DNA of 54,277 bases, taken from a virus (lineage: Duplodnaviria > Caudoviricetes). Positions 8,690 to 17,236 of the stretch are shown piece by piece (the stretch's first letter is position 1; each line of letters starts with the position of its first letter). The stretch is from the IMG/VR virus record IMGVR_UViG_3300010373_000058, positions 1-54,277 of that record; one strand, 5' to 3'. The position numbers and the translations under genes are program-made. The notes under the pieces are model-generated. The model ran no database searches, was not told the DNA's origin, and was given only the letters and a program-made list of their open reading frames with translations.

Positions 8690-9040
8690 ATGCAAATGAA
8701 CCCGCTCGCACGACAGGCCGCTGAGGATTGGTTTAAAGACCCACCTGGGAATCCAGACTGGTCTCCAAGCATTAGCCGGAAGGAATACATAGAAGACATG
8801 GTGAACCGTCTCGCCGGTCATTTGGAACCGTATTTGCGCAGGGAAGTATCGCATCTGGTGGAAGCGTTGGGCGTCATTATAGAGGAATACGAAGACAGGA
8901 AAATTCATTTTGGAGATGAATACCTTTGGAAGAAGAACGAAGATTCAGCGCAAGTAACAGTCGTGAAAGCCCTGCACGATTTCTACAATAACGCTGCCGG
9001 TGAGCCACTGCCGCCGACAGCGAACGTGAACGACAAATAG
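8690..9040 (+). CDS. Hypothetical protein terminating within attC A
   Basis: ORF track; stop TAG in the attC loop. Confidence 0.55.
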   Translation: MQMNPLARQAAEDWFKDPPGNPDWSPSISRKEYIEDMVNRLAGHLEPYLRREVSHLVEALGVIIEEYEDRKIHFGDEYLWKKNEDSAQVTVVKALHDFYNNAAGEPLPPTANVNDK

Positions 9041-9112
9041 AACCTATGAAAATCAAGCAAGCATCGAAACGGAAACGCGGGCGGCAGTTGCGCTCCACTG
9101 GCATTGTTAGCC
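8986..9112 (-). mobile_element. attC-like site A
   Basis: Plus: CAATAAC..TGCCGGTGAGCCACTGCCGCC...GGCGGCAGTTGCGCTCCACTGGCA..GTTAGCC. Confidence 0.7.
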
Positions 9113-9321
9113 TGCGTCGAAAAAGAAAGAACTGGCATAGCTGCCCGACGTGCCGCCAAGACATGCGTGAAGAACCGCACGACGGACTTAACGGCAAAGA
9201 CTGCCCGCAATGCGGACAGGGAATGTCATGGAGACGCGCAAAACGCAAGCAGCTAACGACCAAGCTCACCCCACTGCCGCTGGCGGGACGGGTGGAGCGC
9301 AGAAAGGACTTTGAAATATGA
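9046..9321 (+). CDS. Cassette-borne zinc-ribbon protein
   Basis: CPTC...CPQC; starts in attC A, stops in attC B. Confidence 0.65.
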   Translation: MKIKQASKRKRGRQLRSTGIVSLRRKRKNWHSCPTCRQDMREEPHDGLNGKDCPQCGQGMSWRRAKRKQLTTKLTPLPLAGRVERRKDFEI

Positions 9322-9379
9322 GCAAAACTTTGAACGTGAAAAGCGCGGCGGCAGTTGCGGGTGCAGCGCCTTGTACGGC
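9251..9379 (-). mobile_element. attC-like site B (degenerate R'' GCCGTAC)
   Basis: Minus: GCCGTAC-AAGGC-GCTGCACC...GGTGAGC-TTGGTC-GTTAGCT. Confidence 0.7.
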
Positions 9380-9731
9380 GATTCCGCGTGAGCATCTGCT
9401 GGCAATGCTGAAAGATGCCGCGTGGTATTCCGGCGGGCGCAGAGAATACGGCGACCATCAAGGCTACAGCTACGACGTGAACGAAGAAACGTCCCTGCGT
9501 GATGTGCTCTATCGTGACGAACCGTCGAACGCTCTAAAAAAATCTTCAACTATTTTTGACCGCATAAACATTGGTCGGAAATGGTGTCGGTGTCTGAAAA
9601 TCACAAACCCGACCCGCATGAACACGATGCGAAATCGTGTCAAGCCCCCGACTAAACATCAAGAATCATCAAGCGGGCGTGGACGGAACTGCTCAAAATC
9701 TCAAACGCAGAAAACCCATCTGGTAAAATAG
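9318..9731 (+). CDS. Cassette-borne hypothetical protein (C-terminus may be read-through past cassette end at 9530)
   Basis: Start in attC B loop; core-like GTCGAAC at 9524-9530. Confidence 0.4.
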   Translation: MSKTLNVKSAAAVAGAAPCTAIPREHLLAMLKDAAWYSGGRREYGDHQGYSYDVNEETSLRDVLYRDEPSNALKKSSTIFDRINIGRKWCRCLKITNPTRMNTMRNRVKPPTKHQESSSGRGRNCSKSQTQKTHLVK

Positions 9732-9737
9732 TAGCGT

Positions 9738-10142
9738 ATGAAACACATATACAACGACGGCGGCAGCGGGACGAAGAAGCAGCGCGACTGTGTTGTGCGT
9801 GCAATCGCAATCGCTACCGGAAAACCATACGCGGAAGTCCGCGACACCATCAACCATCTGGCCGATGAAGTCTATTTCGACGGCTCGGATGCGTCAGCCG
9901 GAGTCCACAAGCAACTCTACAAAGACTATCTCAAGTCCTTGGGCTGGGTGTGGACTGCAACCATGAGCATCGGCAGCGGATGCAAAGTCCACCTGCGCGA
10001 CGGAGAACTGCCGATGGGAACTCTCATCGTGTCAGTGTCGCGGCATCTGGTTGCCGTGATTGATGGCGTGATACACGACACCCACGACTGCTCACGCGAA
10101 GGAACAAGGTGCGTCTATGGCTACTGGCGCAAGGCGGCATAA
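9738..10142 (+). CDS. Conserved phage hypothetical protein
   Basis: YNDGG...DCVVRAIAIATG.PY...HL.AVIDG.I.DT.D; TGG-TAAAAT extended -10 just upstream. Confidence 0.75.
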   Translation: MKHIYNDGGSGTKKQRDCVVRAIAIATGKPYAEVRDTINHLADEVYFDGSDASAGVHKQLYKDYLKSLGWVWTATMSIGSGCKVHLRDGELPMGTLIVSVSRHLVAVIDGVIHDTHDCSREGTRCVYGYWRKAA

Positions 10143-10247
10143 CGGCGGGAACTGAGACACCGCCGAACTGCGGTGTCCGAACTCTAAAAAATCTTATGGC
10201 AAAAAAGAAAGCGATAACGGCGGTTGTCTCCAGTGACCCTGTTAGGC
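10137..10247 (-). mobile_element. attC-like site D
   Basis: Plus: GCATAAC..ACTGAGACACCGCCG...CGGCGGTTGTCTCCAGT..GTTAGGC. Confidence 0.75.
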
Positions 10248-10423
10248 CGCTGGGCATCCTGTCTGTAATAGGAGCAAGAAACCGCTCCGATAAACTCAGC
10301 GAACACGCTGTATGGGCGGAAGTCATAGTGACTGACGAGCAAGGCAAAGAATGGATATTTGATGTCTCTGCGTTCAACTATGCAATGCGGCCTAACGACC
10401 AGATCAGGCGCGTGGCCGATTAA
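10196..10423 (+). CDS. Cassette-borne hypothetical protein
   Basis: ATG inside attC D, stop inside attC E. Confidence 0.6.
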   Translation: MAKKKAITAVVSSDPVRPLGILSVIGARNRSDKLSEHAVWAEVIVTDEQGKEWIFDVSAFNYAMRPNDQIRRVAD

Positions 10424-10498
10424 CCCGCGCCTCCAAATTTATGAGCAAACATCGAACTGCTAAAGCCCCGCCACGTCGCCTGCATCGGATGGTTGGGC
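10390..10498 (-). mobile_element. attC-like site E
   Basis: Minus: GCCCAAC-CATCC-GATGCAGGCGACGTGGC...GCCACGCGCCTGATC-TGGTC-GTTAGGC. Confidence 0.8.
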
Positions 10499-10755
10499 CT
10501 ATCCGTCGTGACTGCGCCGTGCGCAAATACTCGACGTGTGGAAGTGCTGACCTCCACGAACTCGACTGGAGCAACTGGTTTCAAGACAACGGCTACATCC
10601 ATGTGCGCCGATTCCGTGCTGATGAAGGCGAAACGTGGCATCGAGTGTATCCGAAAAACATCAAAGGCCGAATCTGTAAACGTGTCGCCTGCGTAGATGG
10701 CTCGCCACACTGGTTGCACGATAGGCCCAACGAGAAAGCTGACCTACCCGGATGA
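10441..10755 (+). CDS. Cassette-borne hypothetical protein
   Basis: ATG in attC E, stop in attC F. Confidence 0.65.
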   Translation: MSKHRTAKAPPRRLHRMVGPIRRDCAVRKYSTCGSADLHELDWSNWFQDNGYIHVRRFRADEGETWHRVYPKNIKGRICKRVACVDGSPHWLHDRPNEKADLPG

Positions 10756-10831
10756 GCGCCGCCGAAACCATTCTATCGCCAGAGGACGTAGCCCGGCGCT
10801 CATCCGGGTTAGGTCCAGCGCCTTGTTACGC
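10725..10831 (-). mobile_element. attC-like site F
   Basis: Minus: GCGTAAC-AAGGC-GCTGGACCTAACCCGGATGAGCGCC...GGCGCTCATCCGGGTAGGTCAGC-TTTCTC-GTTGGGC. Confidence 0.85.
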
Positions 10832-11363
10832 CTCATTGTCGAGGGTGCGGGACATGCCAAACTCTGACACCTTCGATGTGCCATCCATCGCGGGCTTCGT
10901 GAAGAAGTATCTGATGAAATCACAAATCTCGGTGGACTGCTTCTCGCGCAACAAACGCTGGACAACCTACACCAACGACCTGAACCCGAACACGGCGGCG
11001 GAACACCACATGGACGCCGAGGACTTCCTGACGATGATCGCAGACAAGGGCATCGTGGCCGACCTGGTAATCTGTGACCCGCCATACTCGCCGCGCCAGG
11101 TAAAGGAGTGCTACGACTCCATCGGGCTGCCGATGAAGCAAACGGACGCGCTACTCGGCATGACGCGCAAACGGCTCAAGCGGCAAATCAACCGCCTCGT
11201 GCCAGTCGGCGGCGTGGTGCTGCACTTCGGATGGAACACGGTCGGCATGGGTAAAGGATGGGACATCGAAGAAATCATGCTCGTCTGCCACGGCAGCGAC
11301 CACAACGACACAATCTGTATGGCCGAAAGGAAAACGCCCGAATTACAGGAGACGTTCCTATGA
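10752..11363 (+). CDS. Cassette-borne amino-methyltransferase-like protein (putative DNA adenine MTase)
   Basis: VDCFSRN (motif I-like), TNDLNP, catalytic DPPY. Confidence 0.75.
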   Translation: MSAAETILSPEDVARRSSGLGPAPCYASLSRVRDMPNSDTFDVPSIAGFVKKYLMKSQISVDCFSRNKRWTTYTNDLNPNTAAEHHMDAEDFLTMIADKGIVADLVICDPPYSPRQVKECYDSIGLPMKQTDALLGMTRKRLKRQINRLVPVGGVVLHFGWNTVGMGKGWDIEEIMLVCHGSDHNDTICMAERKTPELQETFL

Positions 11364-11533
11364 GGCGTAACATAGCAATAGGCCAAACCGGGGAAACAAA
11401 CTCCAAATTAAAAGGCGCTCAAAGGAATCTCGCAAGCGTTGGTCTGACAATTCACTTCGCAAACGTGAGAAGTTGAGGGTTGAACGGTCGATTGCCAGAG
11501 AGCAGGATTTGGAAGATGAAATGAGGCTGTTGT

Positions 11534-11896
11534 ATGCCAACCTGGACAAGCGATGATCTCAGAGCCTATCAAGCTCGTGTTAAGAGGGTACGTTCCACCG
11601 AGCCAGAATGCCCTGAGAGGCGTTCACTGGTCGGTCCTGCACAGAGAGAAGCTAAGGGCTGGACTGGCGCTCAGAAGGGCACTGGAGAGCGAATGCGGGT
11701 CATTTTCACCGTCTATGCCCAGCGACCAAACGACTGGGACAACTACCGGCTCAAAGACGCTCAGGATTGCCTTGTCGAAGCTGGATTATTGGTTGACGAC
11801 AATTGGCGCGTTCTCGAAGGATTCGTCAGGTCTGAAAAGGCACACTCAAAAGAGGAGGAAAGGACCGAAATAGAGATTATCGGGCCAGTTTCCTGA
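11534..11896 (+). CDS. RusA-like Holliday junction resolvase
   Basis: RP.DWDN...KD..DCL..AG.L.DD acidic catalytic pattern. Confidence 0.65.
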   Translation: MPTWTSDDLRAYQARVKRVRSTEPECPERRSLVGPAQREAKGWTGAQKGTGERMRVIFTVYAQRPNDWDNYRLKDAQDCLVEAGLLVDDNWRVLEGFVRSEKAHSKEEERTEIEIIGPVS

Positions 11897-12218
11897 GTAT
11901 GTCTTTCAATGATTCACACATCTTGGCGTCCTCAAATGAGAAGCAACATATCCGTTCGGCCTGTGAAAGTGCCAGTTCAGCCTCGTTCCGCATCGCTAGC
12001 AGCTTGTTTTTCAGGTCTTCGTTTTGACGCCTGAGCATCTCAACGCCGTTTGATTCCCAAGAGGACAGGTCTTTACCTTCTGGAGACAGGATTTTCATTT
12101 TGTAGCCGAGTAGTAAAGGACAATTGCGATACCGAACAGGCACAGGACCAGGAGCCAGATGGTGATTGCCTCGGCGTCAAAGGACGCTTTCAGGCAGCGC
12201 AGGAATTCAGTTAGTTTC

Positions 12219-12253
12219 ATATACGAACAAATGTCGCCTAATCCTTGTTAGCT
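12219..12253 (+). repeat. attI-like array-leading site 1
   Basis: ATATACGAACAAATGTCGCCTAATCCTT-GTTAG; 26/28 identical to 13478-13505. Confidence 0.6.
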
Positions 12254-12535
12254 GCTTGCGTGTTTTGCCACTTCCGCCGCCCATTCCTTGAGCGTGCTTT
12301 TCTCGTTGAGCCGTTCGATCCATTCTTCCGGGATGTCACGGCAGATTTGCTCCTCGACGTGCATGGCGATTTCCACATGGTCGAGACTGTCCAGGCCGAG
12401 CGTTTCAGTCGTATCGTTCTCGGTGGCACTTTCGCTGTGATTTTCATGTATCCATTCGAGCACCGCAGTTAACAATTCAGTGCAGGACAACTCGGTCGGC
12501 ATCTTTGGATTAGGCGTTGCGTCTTGGTTTTTCAT
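12248..12535 (-). CDS. acpP: Cassette-borne acyl carrier protein
   Basis: LGLDSLDHVEIAMHVEE with the phosphopantetheine Ser; acidic; ATG in attC I. Confidence 0.8.
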   Translation of the reverse strand: MKNQDATPNPKMPTELSCTELLTAVLEWIHENHSESATENDTTETLGLDSLDHVEIAMHVEEQICRDIPEEWIERLNEKSTLKEWAAEVAKHASS

Positions 12536-12598
12536 AGGTCTTTTTGCTTTTGATAGCACTCGGTTTTACCCGCCGAGTGCCTGACTTCACCGTTCGGC
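12467..12598 (+). mobile_element. attC-like site I
   Basis: AGTTAAC-AATTC-AGTGCAGGACAACTCGG...CCGAGTGCCTGACT-TCACC-GTTCGGC. Confidence 0.75.
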
Positions 12599-12828
12599 GA
12601 TTCGCCCGTCCAGTTCCACGGCACGGTCAGGTTGCCCATGTCGTCACACGGAATTGTTGCATCTATTTCCGAGTTGTATGGCTGACACCATTCATCGCAT
12701 CGCGGGCAGTTCTCACCGCTTGGCGGTAGCGGGTCATGGCCCGGCGACTTCCACCGATGCTCACATTCCGGGCAGTGAAAGAAACGCCAACCAATCCGAA
12801 CAACGGGATTCGTCTCAGGGGATTTCAT
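12532..12828 (-). CDS. Cassette-borne zinc-ribbon protein
   Basis: CPEC...CPRC; bounded by GTTCGGC (12592) and TCCGAAC (12795). Confidence 0.6.
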   Translation of the reverse strand: MKSPETNPVVRIGWRFFHCPECEHRWKSPGHDPLPPSGENCPRCDEWCQPYNSEIDATIPCDDMGNLTVPWNWTGESPNGEVRHSAGKTECYQKQKDL

Positions 12829-13477
12829 CCAACGCCTTTCTCAGGGCTTCACATTGCGAAGCTATAAAGAGGTAAAAATTCAATGCTTGCAGACCATCAA
12901 TTCTGTCCAATAACTCTTTTGCCGCCCGTTTCAAATCCAATTGCGCCTCGCTCCTGGCCCTGATCTGAGCCTTGAGCGATTCGATTTCGTCCTGTTCGTC
13001 CATGATGGGTGAGGCTATCTGTTCGATAAACTTCTCCATCGGTTCGTTTCTCAGGAACTCGGTGTCACCGGCCCTGAGTGCTGCTGCGGTTTTCATTGGT
13101 TTCATTTTGGTGATGGAAGTTTGCTGCCATAGTAAACGAATCGTTCAGAATCGTGTGCGTATCTTTTCACGATCTTCTCCAAGAAGCTGCGCTTGCTTTT
13201 CAGTCCATCCGGCAGGAACATTCGGAAGCCGCACTTGCGGACTGCTGAGCACACGGCATGGACATCATCAGCACCAGGTCCACGTCGGTCAGGGTTTGTC
13301 CACTCGAATCGGATTGGCGCTCGTTCACATTTAGGACATTTCATAATCGTGATTCCATGAGATCAGCGGCCAGATTGGCTATATCATCCCTCGTGGCAGC
13401 GTCCGGGTGAATGGACAGGGTTGGCACGAGCAAGAGCCAGTCGGCATTTCTCCAATCAGGTTTCATTTTGGTTGGTG

Positions 13478-13512
13478 ATATACGAACAAGTGTCGTCTAA
13501 TCCTTGTTAGGC
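13478..13512 (+). repeat. attI-like array-leading site 2
   Basis: ATATACGAACAAGTGTCGTCTAATCCTT-GTTAGGC. Confidence 0.6.
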
Positions 13513-13698
13513 GACTTTGCACTCATCGCATGTGTCCTCACCGTTCATCACGTCCACCCAGGCGGTTTTACAGACGGTGCATTTCGCCTCTCGGACAGCT
13601 TTCGATTCTTTCGCCTGTTGCTCTGCGATGTAGTCGTCCATCTCGCAGTCGCGGGCAAACTCTTGGTCTTCGATTGATGGGCCATTTGGATTGCGCAT
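13507..13698 (-). CDS. Cassette-borne small CxxC protein (start uncertain)
   Basis: CTVC...CDEC; stop TAA lies in the core site. Confidence 0.5.
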   Translation of the reverse strand: MRNPNGPSIEDQEFARDCEMDDYIAEQQAKESKAVREAKCTVCKTAWVDVMNGEDTCDECKVA

Positions 13699-13705
13699 AT
13701 TCGTC

Positions 13706-13798
13706 GCCGAAGCATGCGCTCCAGCGAACCACGCCATCGCGCTCTTGTTGCATTGTTACGGTTTGCTCGGCGTGGTCGCTGAGCTTGGGTCGTTATGC
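13706..13798 (+). mobile_element. attC-like site J (R'' AAC>AAG)
   Basis: GCCGAAG-CATGC-GCTCCAGCGAACCACGCC...GGCGTGGTCGCTGAGC-TTGGGTC-GTTATGC. Confidence 0.75.
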
Positions 13799-14031
13799 CG
13801 ACAGGCCATGCGAAAGAGTTCCGTTGAGATACCCCACACATTGGAAGCAGTTCCGGCGTCACCTTTTTTCTCTAGCGCCTTTGAGATTTCGAGCAGCTTT
13901 TCGGAGAGTTTGAACAGCTCATCATTGTCGGCATAACCCGGCGCTGGAGGCAGCGGCTTGCCGCCCGGTGCGTTCAGCCATTCCTCTACTTCGGGAGACT
14001 CGTTGTAGTATTTTTCGATTTCAGGATTCAT
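13756..14031 (-). CDS. Cassette-borne hypothetical protein
   Basis: ATG in attC K, stop in attC J. Confidence 0.65.
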   Translation of the reverse strand: MNPEIEKYYNESPEVEEWLNAPGGKPLPPAPGYADNDELFKLSEKLLEISKALEKKGDAGTASNVWGISTELFRMACRHNDPSSATTPSKP

Positions 14032-14058
14032 CGCCGTGCCTCAGCTTGTTAGTTCTGT
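13931..14058 (+). mobile_element. attC-like site K
   Basis: GCATAAC-CCGGC-GCTGGAGGCAGCGGC...GCCGTGCCTCAGC-TTGTTA-GTTCTGT. Confidence 0.75.
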
Positions 14059-14303
14059 GGCTTCACCCACGAGAGTCTTGCGTGCTCTACGCAGGCGATT
14101 TCGCAGATTTGATTTATCACGAGGTCGCACGCTTCGGCTGTATCTTCCGGGTCTTGCCCTTCGATGTCTTGGTTCTGGTATGCCTCGCAGAGCGTGAAGA
14201 TTCGCTCCAACGCCGCCACAGAATCACACACAGCAGCCAACAGCGCCTCACTTGTTGGCTGGCCAACGCCGTTGGCGTTGGCGGATGTCGCTTTGTCAAT
14301 CAT
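14049..14303 (-). CDS. Acidic hypothetical protein (probable cassette)
   Basis: Bounded by GTTCTGTGGC (14052) and GCCACAGAAT (14215). Confidence 0.55.
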   Translation of the reverse strand: MIDKATSANANGVGQPTSEALLAAVCDSVAALERIFTLCEAYQNQDIEGQDPEDTAEACDLVINQICEIACVEHARLSWVKPQN

Positions 14304-14629
14304 GGCTTGTAACTTTCGATTTCATCGGCCCGGCGGAACAGTTCACGGCCCTGATGCCGCAACCAGGCCGCCGCATGTTTTCTTTCTTCAAGGCTGGCAT
14401 CGCCGTTGTAAAGATACCCGAGTTGGCCGGAGATGATAGCCCCTTTGCTTTCGCTGGCAATCGCCCTGAGCCGGCGCTTGAAGTTTTCACCAGGATCACA
14501 TTCGCAAATCGCGGCTATGTCCACGGCAGTTTTCCAGCCGCCACTGTTCCGGAGCAATCTACGCAACCATTGGACATCATCATCCGAAACAACCGGAGCC
14601 TTGCCCGTCAGCAGGTCAAGCTGTGTCAT
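14300..14629 (-). CDS. Putative winged-helix protein
   Basis: W.TA.DIA...KRRLRAIA...IISGQ.GY. Confidence 0.55.
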   Translation of the reverse strand: MTQLDLLTGKAPVVSDDDVQWLRRLLRNSGGWKTAVDIAAICECDPGENFKRRLRAIASESKGAIISGQLGYLYNGDASLEERKHAAAWLRHQGRELFRRADEIESYKP

Positions 14630-15307
14630 AGACTGTCCTCGAATTCAGGAACTGGCTTGTCCAGCAATGCGACGGCATCAAGCAGGCAATCGCGGCATAG
14701 CCAAAGAGAATGAGCTATCTTTCCCAACTTGGACGACACTACAATTCCAAATTCCACTACTGGAGTTGGCTTTTTGCATCGGTCGCAGAGTGCGCCCGGA
14801 CATTCGCAAACAAACATTTTCATCGCGCAACCTTTCCGGCGAGGATGATGAGTGCGCCCCACCAGAGGCAGAGGATTATTGTCATGGCTTCACCTTTGAT
14901 TCGTGGAACCTGGCAGCGATCCTCACTTGTTCGTTCCTCAATTCTTGCAGCAGTTCCAGCACCTTGTCCCCGGCGTCCCTGGCAATCAGAGTTTGCGCGT
15001 GAATCTGAGTCTGGATTGACCTGATTGTTTTAATGTCTTGCTCGGTATATTCGATGTTCATGGCTGGCGTTTCTTATTTTTCCTAGGTGTAAGTTTGGCC
15101 TTTATGCGATCACTTCGAGACCAATACTGATACTGCGGATCGGTATAGGTGCCTTCTCGTTCGTTGGAGTCTATCAGGCCGAGCAGATGGTTTACCTCGG
15201 CTTGCGTCAATTGGCAGGAGACAAGTTTCATTTTGTCTTTTTCCTGTGCCTGGCCGCGCCCCACAGAATGAGCATGGCGATCCAGAGCAGGATTGAGTCG
15301 GGGAGGT

Positions 15308-15682
15308 TCACTTCACAGACTGGTCAAGGGCGGATCGGGCTTTGCAAATAGGACATGAACAACCCATTTCAACTCCGTCGGTAATGTAATTGAAACAGCC
15401 TTCCTTGTAGCCTCTGGATTGTTTTGGAATGTAATTTGAAAAGCAATCGATTGCGTTTTCCAGGGCTTCCCGCAACCGTTTGTTTTCGGCCAGCATGGAG
15501 GGGGCGGCTTCGATCAGCCTGGCATTGGCCCATGCTTGCTCGATGCTGTCAGGGCGATTAAGCAATTCAAATTTGGTGTAACCACCGTCAACAATCTTAA
15601 TCTTCCACGGTCCTGGCGTATGCTGTGCTTTGCTCACACTCCCTTGCTCGTCTCCCGTTTGTTGTTTGTTGGTGGTTGTCAT
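15308..15682 (-). CDS. Conserved phage hypothetical protein (HTPGPW family)
   Basis: HTPGPW...ANARLIEAAP motif. Confidence 0.75.
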   Translation of the reverse strand: MTTTNKQQTGDEQGSVSKAQHTPGPWKIKIVDGGYTKFELLNRPDSIEQAWANARLIEAAPSMLAENKRLREALENAIDCFSNYIPKQSRGYKEGCFNYITDGVEMGCSCPICKARSALDQSVK

Positions 15683-15687
15683 GGGGG

Positions 15688-16299
15688 TTAAGTTAGTTTC
15701 TCATACCTGTTCACATATTCCTCGCGGTCGAAAATGAATAATGAGTATTGATCTGCAAAAGCTTCGGCGATCCCCGGTAAAGTGCGGCTTCTGTTTTTCC
15801 AACGATCAGGACCGGGTGATTCAAAGTGGATTCGCGGCTTTCTTCCATCGACAATGTTTGTTGGTTGTAGCCCCGGCAGGTTTTTGAGCCACAAACAGGT
15901 TGCCTTGGTTTCGCCATGACCGAACTGCCAGGGATGGATGATCTGGTCAGGCTTGCGAATGCGAGTGGACAAAACGCCAATCGGGTTTTCAAGTGCGATG
16001 TGGGGTATTGGCGCATTCAACAACGCCTTCACGAATTCAAAAGCTAAATCCTGTTCAGTCCTTCGGTCCTTGAACCATCTGGCACCGGATGACGCCAGAT
16101 AGGTGCAAGGCGGATGCGCAATCATCAAATCCCAGTGATCCTGATAGACGGTCAATACATCGCACTGAAAATGTTTGCCCGGCCTCTCACTTGGCAGCAG
16201 GTCACACGACCAAGCGTCATGGCCGCGAGCGGCAAAGGCGTCTCGGACGATTCCTGAAAATTCACACCCGATTAAAATTCTGGCCATATTCAAATCCAT
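15688..16299 (-). CDS. DNA cytosine methyltransferase-like protein (start may be 16287)
   Basis: ILIGCEFSG (motif I), AHPPC (catalytic Cys), ENP, KATCLWL. Confidence 0.8.
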   Translation of the reverse strand: MDLNMARILIGCEFSGIVRDAFAARGHDAWSCDLLPSERPGKHFQCDVLTVYQDHWDLMIAHPPCTYLASSGARWFKDRRTEQDLAFEFVKALLNAPIPHIALENPIGVLSTRIRKPDQIIHPWQFGHGETKATCLWLKNLPGLQPTNIVDGRKPRIHFESPGPDRWKNRSRTLPGIAEAFADQYSLFIFDREEYVNRYEKLT

Positions 16300-16698
16300 C
16301 GGGGTTGAAACTCACGACGCAACACAGCAGACCAGAAAGCACGTTTGATTTCGGGATTGTCGCGCTCGTCATACACTGGCGTGTTGTCCTTGTCACTCGT
16401 CACGGTCGCAAGCAGCCCGTTGCCGATTGCGGGAAACACTTCGACGCCGTGAAGGTTGGATACGAGAATGAATTGTTTGCTGGTAGTCATGGGATTTGAA
16501 GTCCGGTAATCAACTGCCGCAACTGCTCCGCCGTGTAACCATTGACCTTGCGTCCGGTCTTCAATGCCTTGACGCGCATCTCGGTCAATTGCTCGCGATT
16601 CTTTGCCTTGAGTGCGTTGCACTGCTCAACGGTCACGCCAAAGAGCTTGGCGAATTGTTCAATTGTGGGTTTGTTCGTTGTCATATTCATACAGAGGT

Positions 16699-17045
16699 TT
16701 AGTTGCCGTGAAGTTCGATCAAGTTGTGAATTACTAATTTCCGGCAATCATCTGGCAACTCGAAAAAAGAAACTCGCTTTCCAAGATGATTTTTGCGTCC
16801 AATCGGAGGAGCAAATCCCCATTTGTTTACGTCAATCTGTCTGTCTCTTTCGCCATGCTGCCCGAAACCTTGCGGATGATAAGGTTCCGCATTCATCCCC
16901 AGGTGCCAAAAGACACCGCCTGTTTTGTGTCTATATCGTCCGGTAAAAACCACAGTGTAACGGTCAACAGTTTCTCCGCCATCGTCATAGCAACGAACAA
17001 ACTTTTCAGCTTGTCCTGCTTCCAATTCTGATTTATCCAGAGTCA
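16699..17045 (-). CDS. Conserved early phage protein
   Basis: RCYD.GG.T.DRYTVVF...P.GFGQH...HLGKR..F..LP. Confidence 0.65.
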
Positions 17046-17077
17046 TATTTTGCCTGTTTGTTGTTTGGTGGGGGTTG

Positions 17078-17236
17078 TCATGGTTGTTTTGTTGGTTGAC
17101 TGTTAAGTTTGCGCTGCAAATTCCAAGATCGCATCCGATCAGACCGCCGCTTTCGCTCCTCATCGCTCAACGTCTTCGGACGACCCTTGCAGGCCAGACC
17201 GCCGAGACGACCTAGTGCTTGTGCGTTCTTATTCAT
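17078..17236 (-). CDS. Small basic protein (not in ORF track)
   Basis: MNKNAQALGRLGGLACKGRPKTLSDEERKRRS...; ALGRLGG motif; ATGA overlaps at both ends. Confidence 0.6.
   Translation of the reverse strand: MNKNAQALGRLGGLACKGRPKTLSDEERKRRSDRMRSWNLQRKLNSQPTKQP

Noticed and set aside
9524-9545. Full attC sites at 9524, 4729, 12795 and 14218
   Set aside because: Only a core site or one arm is visible; treated as remnants and not listed as sites
8986-14058. CRISPR array, REP elements or terminators as the explanation for the hairpins
   Set aside because: Sequences differ between sites, are separated by whole genes, lack U-tracts, and show attC core/extrahelical geometry
17100-17236. Repeated CAGACCGCCG that first looked like another attC
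   Set aside because: It is a direct repeat inside a plausible small ORF, with no paired arms or matching cores
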